Below the pieces are notes generated by a model. It was not told where the DNA came from and searched no databases. It was given only the letters and a program-made list of their open reading frames with translations. Positions 55,164 to 64,000 of a stretch of DNA of 64,000 bases are shown piece after piece. This DNA is from Lingula anatina (Eukaryota; Animalia; Brachiopoda), in the NCBI GenBank assembly GCA_051362555.1, contig CM120641.1, positions 1 to 64,000 on the forward strand. The letters are read 5' to 3'. Numbering within the stretch: the first letter of the stretch is position 1; every line of letters starts with the position of its first letter. The translations under genes and the position numbers were made by a program.

Positions 55164-55828
55164 CACCCTGAGCTTCAGAGATAACTTGCCACTAACCTCT
55201 TCACTATAGCCTATCTTCATCGTGTCAAGTTACCTCTGACGAAAATAGTTTGACCTAGTTTATATAAGCCAATCGAATCCATGTTTCAAAATTTTTCACC
55301 AAAGTTTGGTGAAAACGCTGATTGGTTGACCGTCAATCGGCAATCCTCGGCTGATTCCGCAAGCTCCATACTAACAACAAAGTTATTGTCGAGTGCGGAG
55401 ACATCCGAGTAGTTCCGAGTGCATAACCGAACACGAAGAAAGCATGGCGTCTCCTACGAGTGACTACGTAAAATAATGTGTTAAGTTATCTCTTGATTCT
55501 TTGCAAAATATGAGTATATCGGAATTGAAACCAGCGCAGTTTGAGGCCCTGCAGCATTATCTACTGAGGGATGATGTATTTTGCGTGCTGTCCACAACGG
55601 CAAGTCCCTGATATTCAGCCTTATCTTTGATTGGTCCGGATTTGAACAAAGCGCGCTTTGACTCGTTCGCGTTCATTGGCTAAATCGTTCAATGAGTCAT
55701 TGAGTGCGGGCTTTAAATTTGATTGGCGGGCGGCGGAGGCTATCGAATGTGGTCAGAGGTAACTTGACACGATGAAGATAGGCTATAGTGAAGAGGTTAG
55801 TGGCAAGTTATCTCTGAAGCTCAGGGTG
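55164..55828. mobile_element. Long-TIR non-autonomous DNA transposon containing a RecQ-like helicase relic
   Basis: Apparently perfect ~77-bp TIRs (CACCCTGAGCTTCAGAGATAAC...), 8-bp TSD AAGAAAAA on both sides, internal broken frame at 55444-55620 ending ELKPAQFEAL..DVFCVLST/GKSLIF. Confidence 0.88.
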
Positions 55829-55903
55829 AAGAAAAAAGGATAAACGCTGTGATTGTGGTGGAACGGGACTACTGCACGTATTACATACAGAAAAGATTTA
55901 CTG

Positions 55904-55946
<43 letters not shown>

Positions 55947-57107
55947 TCGAATATTGAAAATATTGTCGATACAAGGATTAAATATATATTAACCTTTCGC
56001 CGCCGATATTTTCCATGAATATAACGAACGCGTTGGTAGAAATCGCATGGTCCAACAGCTGTGTTGTGTGGTTTTTGTTTCATTAAGTTTTTACTGCGGC
56101 ACAACTTCCTCACATATAAAGACCTGATATATATGTATACCAACAGCCTAGGGCAGTGTATATTGACGACAAAATAACGTGTATTTGCACAGGCTATTGC
56201 AATGTGTACTTTAGGTAACCTTACTGTGATTGACCTTGGGACATACGAGGCACTGGTCAAAATGGCACCCAGCTACTCAGGTTCACCATCAAAGTTACTT
56301 GTTCACGATCAAAGTAATGTGTTTTCACATCTGTAACACGCGGTGATGTGCGTTTTCAATTTGCGTTTGTATCGTCTCGTGTCATTTAGTGTGTTTGAAA
56401 GAAAGAAAGAATAACAGACATATAAATACTGGCTCTAACAGGTGCGTGCATACCAGAGCGTTCTGGTAGGCATTGCAGGTGCAAGCACAGCGCCGGGTTC
56501 AGGGGCAATTGAATGATAAGGAAAGGGAAACATTTTAATGGCATCGAAGGCCGTCTCATGCCTTTCTCAATGTAACCATTTAAATTCAACTATAGTCACT
56601 GAAAAATGCTACGATGTGCGTTGATTATTATATCTGAGAAGCACAATGTTTTCTCTTGCTGTCGACTAAAATGCTTCAGTACAGCATGTCTAGTCAGTAT
56701 ATGTGGACGTTAAGATTGGCAATGGAAATAAAGGAATGAATGCATGAGTCACTGAGGTCACAGCGGTTTGTTTACTTTCTTAGGCGAATGTTATTGATAT
56801 GTTTTAAAGCCAATCGGATTTACAAGAAAAGAGGACGATTCCAGAAGAATTAAACGCTGCCTTTGATGACATTTTGTTCACCGTTTTAACCTTTAGTTTT
56901 TATGTACTTACGAGTTATTTGGACATTGACATTACTGGGTTTATTATCACATTTCAGAAAAATGCAAGCCCGAAACGCGCCCTATAGTGCCTTAAACGAT
57001 CTAATGCACATTGTCCATCACACTATTCCCTATTTACATCATCACCACGAGCTTTCCCCGCCTTTATACAGTCTTACCAACTCAGCGTCAGTAGCCCAGC
57101 GTCTTAC

Positions 57108-57283
57108 CCATATATGCTGTGTTTGCGTCTCCTATTGGCAGGATTCTCGTCAACTCGTATAGTGAATTCCACGTGCACATCTGATTCTTCTTTGTCATCT
57201 TCACTATCGCTGCTGATTGACTCCCTTTCACTATTAGATACATCCCTTGTGCTCTCAGCTCGAACCTTCATATCAATTGGCAT
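57108..57283 (-). CDS. Probable alternative first coding exon of the PKG gene (short isoform, 511 aa when joined to the 13 downstream exons)
   Basis: ATG preceded by an in-frame stop; acidic/Ser-rich then basic peptide MPIDMKV..SSDSEDDKEESD..NRRRKHSIY; strong donor GG|GTAAGA in phase 2, matching the phase-2 acceptor at 51625 (G-VPTFQELPEE). Confidence 0.68.
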
Positions 57284-58758
57284 CACATTAAAATATTTTC
57301 TTATTTCTTCCGTTTCACGAATAGCAAATCAACAAACCGCATTCGAAGGCTATTAAGGCATTTAAGGATCAAATACCCTGTGTGATCCGTAAAATTGACG
57401 CAAAGACAGAAGATCGAGAAGGAACAACATTGTAACCTTCATTTTAGATACAAAAAAGTTTCTCCTCAGATTCATGTATTGAGTTTTAATGTCTATCTCC
57501 ACAGATGATTCTCCTTTGTGCAGGTAGATCTTTTCGCAACACTGCTGTTTTTGAGTGGGACGTTTTTGCTTGCTCTCCGCGGCCGTTTCCACGTTTTATC
57601 TGCTATAAAAAGCTTGTCATAAAACGTGTATAGAACGCTCCACCTTTAGCTCCCAACATTATTCATCATCGTACGTCAGATTTCAAGGAGGGTATTCCTA
57701 CACTGGAGCCTCAATCGTTGATAAATGGTTACGCACCCAGTGAGTCAGTTATGTCATTCAATCGACCAATAAGAATTTATCGCTAACGAGAGCCCGGGGC
57801 ATACATGAATCATCTTGGATAATAAGCTGACCAATCAAATGCAGAGATTTTAGCAAAGCAGTCTGCCTCCAAACCTGATGCAGATCATCAATGCCAGCAA
57901 GTCGAGGAGAGGCAGATGTAGAAAACAGGTATATCAGGAGATGCAGTTGAAGAAAAACATTTTGTTTTCGAAAGAAAATCCAAAGTACGTGCCTTGCCTG
58001 TAAGAACGTTGCTATTATTGACATGAAATCAACCACTTTTCCTTGTCCTATTTGGGGAGATGCTATTTCTACATAGGGTAAATAAAAAGCATATTTTTTT
58101 CGAATTTACCACTCTGTCGCCTCAGAATCTAGGGTAGTAACCTCTGGACAAGCAAAGTTTCTATGGTGCTAGATGGCTCCCAAATCTCTAAACATATGTT
58201 AATGGCTCGCACACTGAGTTAACATTAGCAGTTAACGACGCAACATTATCCCAAGATGTGGAACAAAATGAATGATTGCTTGGGTTGGTGCAGTTGGGTG
58301 GTCATTTCAATTGGTCTTGTGTTCCAGGTAAGGTAGTAGCAGCTCGAGACGGAGCACTGTACTGGAGATACCCGGGAATCAATGAGCGCACAACGCTACC
58401 CTGGTCTTATTGACTGCGTGGATTATAAACAACAAATGTTTGACTGAATCATCTGTGAGAAAAACGCCATTTATTCCACAGGAATACTTTGGTTCTGTTA
58501 ATTTATGTAAACATTTATATAACGGTTCCTCCCCTGACATACAAATACTAAAACACCTCCCAATGTTGTGTAATGTGAAGCAGATGAAGAAACAACAGCA
58601 AAGAACACATCCAGACATTTATAATCTGACTTCAACTGTTGAATACCCGTCTGCACAATATGGATGCACAAAACTCATGGGTCCTGTCTGTACATGTACT
58701 CAATAAAAGACAGGGCTTAGATTTACTCTGAACAATATAGCTTCTATTTTGGGGACCA

Positions 58759-58975
58759 TTCCCATAACCCTATCGTACTAGCAAGATCGATCTTTCTCCG
58801 AGGGGATTCTCACTAAATCGCATTCAGTTTAAGCGTGCACGACAGTTAACACCACCCCCACCCCCAGCAGCTTCAGTGGGCGTGGCAGACATTTAAGTCG
58901 CTTAAATTGAATGCAAATTAGTGAGAGTTCCCTCGGAGTTAGTCCGATCCTACTAGTATGATAGGGTTATGGGAA
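58759..58975. mobile_element. Foldback/palindromic MITE-like element
   Basis: ~75-bp imperfect inverted arms TTCCCATAACCCTATCGTACTAG...CATTCAGTTTAAGCG / CGCTTAAATTGAATG...CTAGTATGATAGGGTTATGGGAA. Confidence 0.8.
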
Positions 58976-59681
58976 CCTAGTCTAAGAAGCATGTTCTCGT
59001 AGGTGTAAACAGCAAAATAAAATAACTCTAAAACTATGATTCCATACTCCAGAAAACTCAGTCAATAGAAAATATAACATGCTCGTATGCAAAGTGGGAA
59101 GTCAATACAGTTCAAATCGCTTCAAATCTACTTTCAAAATACTAGTAAAATAATTTTAAAGAGCAATTGTTCAAAAGATGCCAGACGTTAACCCTGAATG
59201 CAATAACCAGATATGACGCCTAAGGATGTCAAGGATGCGAACAGACACAAAGTTCACTTAAAGTTTCCATAAAAGAATTTATTAATTAGGTGGTCTGCCA
59301 TCGGTATATTTGATCATAAAGTAGCATCTACCGGTAGCTCCTTCTAGTCCATACCACGCCTTATACACGCCTGTCTACACGCCCACAGGATGCGTTAAGT
59401 CCAATTCGGTGTCTTGTAAATTACAAAGGCACCACAGGTATATCTTGGAGAGACAATCTACATTTGCAGTATTACTAAATTTAAGCACTGCTAGGAAAAA
59501 GCTGGAGTTAATTGTCCCGGGGCAACAGTAACGTTGATGCTAATCACCTCCGATAGACGCTTAACACCCAAACCCAATATAGAGGTGCAAACGATGTCAC
59601 AGACATGTTCCTAAAAATCTGTAGTGCACAGATTACAAACTATGTTTGATTTTTTTAGGGTCCCACATAAAGAAGTTTGTA

Positions 59682-62586
59682 TTAAAGTTTCACTTTCCTG
59701 GAACCACGAATAATAAAAAATAATTCATCATCTAACCCCAAAAAGGAACATACGTTACTGTCACAAATGCATAACGTCTAGCTGTGGAAACGTTTTAATC
59801 ACTTTGAAAATTCAATCATCACGGGGTTTGTTCTTTAATCTATCTCCTACAAGTATAACGTTGTAAAAAATTATGAAAAGCTTCTGTATAGAGCAGTTAA
59901 TTGTTTTTTAGCGACTTAAGTTTGCCTGTCACTGAATATTAAAAAAACGGGGAAAATACACCCTACCGACAGTAAAATAAGCATTTAATAAATTATTTTT
60001 CCCCTCGCGCTCCAAATATCATACCTGAAATGTCAAACTATCATGGAATCACTATATATTTTTCTGTCAGCAAAAGAAAACATTGTTTTCTCTTGCACCA
60101 AGCACTTGTACAAAATGAAACATTTTGTCAATTTTCCTAGGGAACATACGTTACCTAGTATTAGCTATGACGCAGGCCCCATTAGTTACGGTTTAAATGT
60201 TTATAAAAAACGTCCTTACGTCATATTTAATTTAACATGATCGAATCACTTTAAAATATATAAGAACACCTTATTAAAATAAAAACTAGGTGGCCTGGAA
60301 CATACGTTACCGGAACATACGTTACCAGTGAAAATCTACTTGTGCCGGAAACTGGCTCCGAAAGAATTATAAGCTTCTGTTTGAGATGTCAGGTGGTTCT
60401 TTCTGACGTCTGCTCGAGCTAAAGATTAGATGAGGTTAGTTACAAGTGTAAATAAATCCATAAAATCCTCAGTAACGATGTAAGCGAAGTGAATGATTTT
60501 GTCGTAATAAAAAATTTAATTCAAATACAGAAATGAATGTCAAAGACGGACATAAATGTCAAACAAGACTATGGAAGGAAAAAATAATCGCCAACGAGCG
60601 CAGTGAGCTTAGTGCCAAATACATTGATACCGAACGGAACATCATTATTTCAGAAAAATGCGAAAACAAGAGCTGAGATTAAAAATATATATATATCGAT
60701 CTCGTAAAAAAATGAGGGTGACTCTTATTTGGAAGCGAAAGAAAACGGGTTCAAAATACTATGTAGGCCTACCTTCCGCCTCCTTAAATGTCGTGAAAGA
60801 CAAAAGAGGCATGCTAAGACTAAATCGCGAAAACGTAGACTTCACCAAAGGAAAGAACTCCTAGCTGCTATAGAAGTTGCCGAGGCATGTCCACAGCAAT
60901 CACCACCTGAGAGACTTGTTGTGTGTGCGAGGTGGCCACAACGTGGAAACGATTGAGAAGAAACTGAAGGCAGTCACAATGAACAATTAAAGAACTACAG
61001 TCATAGATTAATGCCATAAGAAAGAGGGAGAATGCTATCCGGCAACGATTTAGCCATTGTAGAAGACGAAATATGGAACCACCTGAATTTCCCACATGCC
61101 CCAAGATTAAGACAGAACGCATCATACAGCAGGCTATGGACCGAAGCTAACACTGTGCAGAAGCAATTACTTTTATGTCTCCTCCATCCCAGTGTACCAC
61201 AAACTTTCATAGTTTTATTTAGAACAAAAAGAAGGCAACAAAGAATATCGATTGGTCAAGATTTGGTCAAACAAGGCCGATTTTATTTTTTAACCCCACT
61301 ACCCTAATCATTTTTAGCAAAAATAACAATGTAGCAAATTGTTGCCTGTATTAAATGTTATGGCCTTAGGGATAAAAATAATATTATATATACATATAAT
61401 ATTCAATAAGACTCATCATCCTAAAAATATGATGACTTGTAGAAAATGTTTTTTCAGCTACAGTGGGTCAAGCTTAACGAGTTACACCAAGAAGTAAGAT
61501 GAAAACTTTGCATGTTATGGTGGCTGGGAAGATTGCGAAGACGTACCGTTGTCTCAGATTTCTTTCCGCTGCTACTGGCATTTGCCGGAATCGTTGGTCG
61601 AGAACTCGCGAAAAGGGGATGAACTGGTCGAAAGGTCGACGGATGGGAGTAGCAGGAAAAAAAGGCAAGCTGTATACGATTTTTTGAACGAGACGACTAT
61701 AGTAGAGCCCAAGAGCGCCAGTAACCAAAATAAAATTCATCGACCACGTTGGTAGAGTAAAAACACATTATGAGCATTTACGAATCTCAAGGAAACTTTT
61801 ACAAGAAATCATGCAGCCTGTACTTTGTCTTAAATACCGACTGATAAGGACCGTAGAGACCCTTGAACTGTAAAGTGATATATGTGTCTTATACTCACTC
61901 AATGGAAAGACTTAAAAACATAATTTTGTGAACCACTTACTTTTTATAGATGGAACAAACATTATATATATACATATTTTTTAATTCCCAAAAGTGCCGA
62001 AATCTGAAAGACAATTTAGACCTTTCAGAGAGGATAGTAAAGCTCATTTTGAACGAATTCTCTGCTGTATTGGAAAACCTATAGGTGTGTTGAAAAAGGC
62101 TTCGTTTAAAGAGGTGGTAGGTTAGATGTTTCTGGGATCTGTATTTCTTTACATGCAAATGATTAAGACGTTTGATACGTGGATCGTGTTTGTGTAATAG
62201 GTTATCACTTTTGATGTCTGAGTTACTTTTAAACACCTCAATAAATTCTACGAAAAAAAAAAAAAACCCGAAAAAATATCTTATCAATATTTATTAAACT
62301 CGTGTCCCGTATCTTTTCTATTGCTGTGGAACATACGTTACCTTACGGTATGCGAAGGATGCGAGGCGTAGTTGGCATTGTAACTAATACACCCAAAATT
62401 TGAAACTGTCAATGAGTTTTAAATTCACGACGAATATGACCAGTGGTAGATAACTTTTAGGTAACAAAGTTTTCAATTCTCTATACAATTGACAATTACT
62501 GCTATTGAAAGAGTCATCAACGTGGACATTGTAAAGAAAAATGATCTTTAGTTTGAAAGTAATTTTCCTAGAACTGGTCAATTTAA
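59682..62586 (+). mobile_element. Possible decayed DNA transposon with a repeated 14-bp subterminal motif
   Basis: GGAACATACGTTAC occurs five times around broken Lys/Arg-rich coding-like frames (60530-61760). Boundaries are tentative. Confidence 0.4.
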
Positions 62587-64000
62587 ATGTATTTTCCTGT
62601 CAGTTTTCCATTATTAATGACTCATAGGGTTATGATAGTGTTTAGCTTGCACAAATTTCCACAGCGCTCAACTAATAATCGTGTTTGTATCAGGCGATTC
62701 AGTGGTAACATATGTTCTTTCTTACGCTTTTTTTACTTCAAACGGTTATCAATTTATTTGCTTACAAAACAGAAACGCGTGGGCGTAAAATTGGGACATT
62801 TGTGGATTTTTGTTCTATACACGTGTAAGTTTTAAAAAATTGGATACTACATCGAATTCATTCAATTTCATTTTTTGAGACTTGAACTCATGAAATGCAC
62901 CTCTATATTGGGTTTGGGTGTTAATAGTGTTTAGAGTTGGTACGCACAACGCATCTGTTTTAGAAAATGCCGCAGTTTTTCTGACTTTTTTCCAAGCCCG
63001 CGTGCTACAGACCAGCTGTGTTTGCGGTATCCATTGCCAGACACTTGTGCGCGTTTGCTTGCACGTGCGAGTGCGAGTGCGCGCGTTCTCATATTTTATT
63101 GTTTCTTTGCAATCCTGACTTATTCAGAATCCACTTCTCATCACGAATGAGAATTTTGGCAGGTAATAAAAGTTGCACACCTCAAAATAGTTTGCAAAAT
63201 GTATCTAAAAATATAAATATTTTTTCAGCTTTCTTTCAGGTTTGCAATGTTTAAACCACGAAGCGTAAAGAGGTCACTATGTGCGGGAAGCTAGGTTGGG
63301 TCATTTTACCTCAGTTGTGTTCATACACTTGTACTTTGAAGATATCAATAATGTGGGGAATCTATCTTCCTGTAGGATCGACATGTACTTTTATCATTGC
63401 GCATGTGTTATACCAGTGTTTAACTGCTCTATAATAGGTCTCGGTGGTCAGAATGGCTATTAAACTTGTGTACCATTTTCCTTTCATCTACTTGAAAGAT
63501 AGACATAACATGGACCACTTACGCACATTTAAAGGTTTTATGTGTAGTTTTCATACAAGTGCACTTCATCTAACCTTAATTCATTAAGTAACAGGGACAA
63601 TCTTAATTTCAGATTTATATGTGGAATCTAGGTCTGGCCATTTCTCTAGTAAGAATTCTGAAGCACAAGCTTAACCATCCACACAGGTAGGTTTCGGTGC
63701 ACATGCTCTGGCTACATCAGGTCTGAACTTTTCACTGCAGACATGGAGTTTAACTGAATAATATTCCTGACAGCTACACTGACCGGTAAGCTTTTGCACA
63801 ACATTAAAGTGCATTTTTCTTCTATCGCTCTTGGCTATTTAAACTAGGAAGACTTCCCCTTTCAATTATAATACGAGTGCCTATGTTATGAACCCCGTTC
63901 TTGGACTTCACAAAATGCCAGTTTATTGGCTGTAGCTTTGGCCGGTCCACCTGTCTGATATGGCCGGACCCGATAGCAATGGGCAATGAACCAGTCCATA

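Noticed and set aside
63700-63790. THAP-like LHVCSEKFRPD on the minus strand
   Set aside because: A single short motif with no supporting frame.

Overview
Left end of a eukaryotic chromosome, most likely a marine invertebrate (inferred from TTAGGG telomere, spliceosomal introns and repeat types). It starts with about 8.6 kb of (CCCTAA)n telomere, followed by a near-perfect 923-bp tandem duplication that includes the 5' LTR of a decayed Gypsy retrotransposon. Next come two tandem, intact three-exon paralogous genes I cannot assign to a known family. Each encodes a signal peptide, a helix-Cys/GRR/helix-Cys module, a Thr-rich mucin stalk and an 8-Cys C-terminal domain. A 5.2-kb Helentron-like non-autonomous element at about 31-36 kb carries a 146-bp satellite with higher-order structure. 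The 3' part of a cGMP-dependent protein kinase (PKG/foraging-type) gene lies on the minus strand (13 traced exons, one GC-AG intron), with a probable alternative first exon giving a short isoform with a single cGMP site. PKG introns contain many minisatellites and MITEs, one carrying a RecQ-like helicase relic. All gene models were read by eye; no database searches were run.
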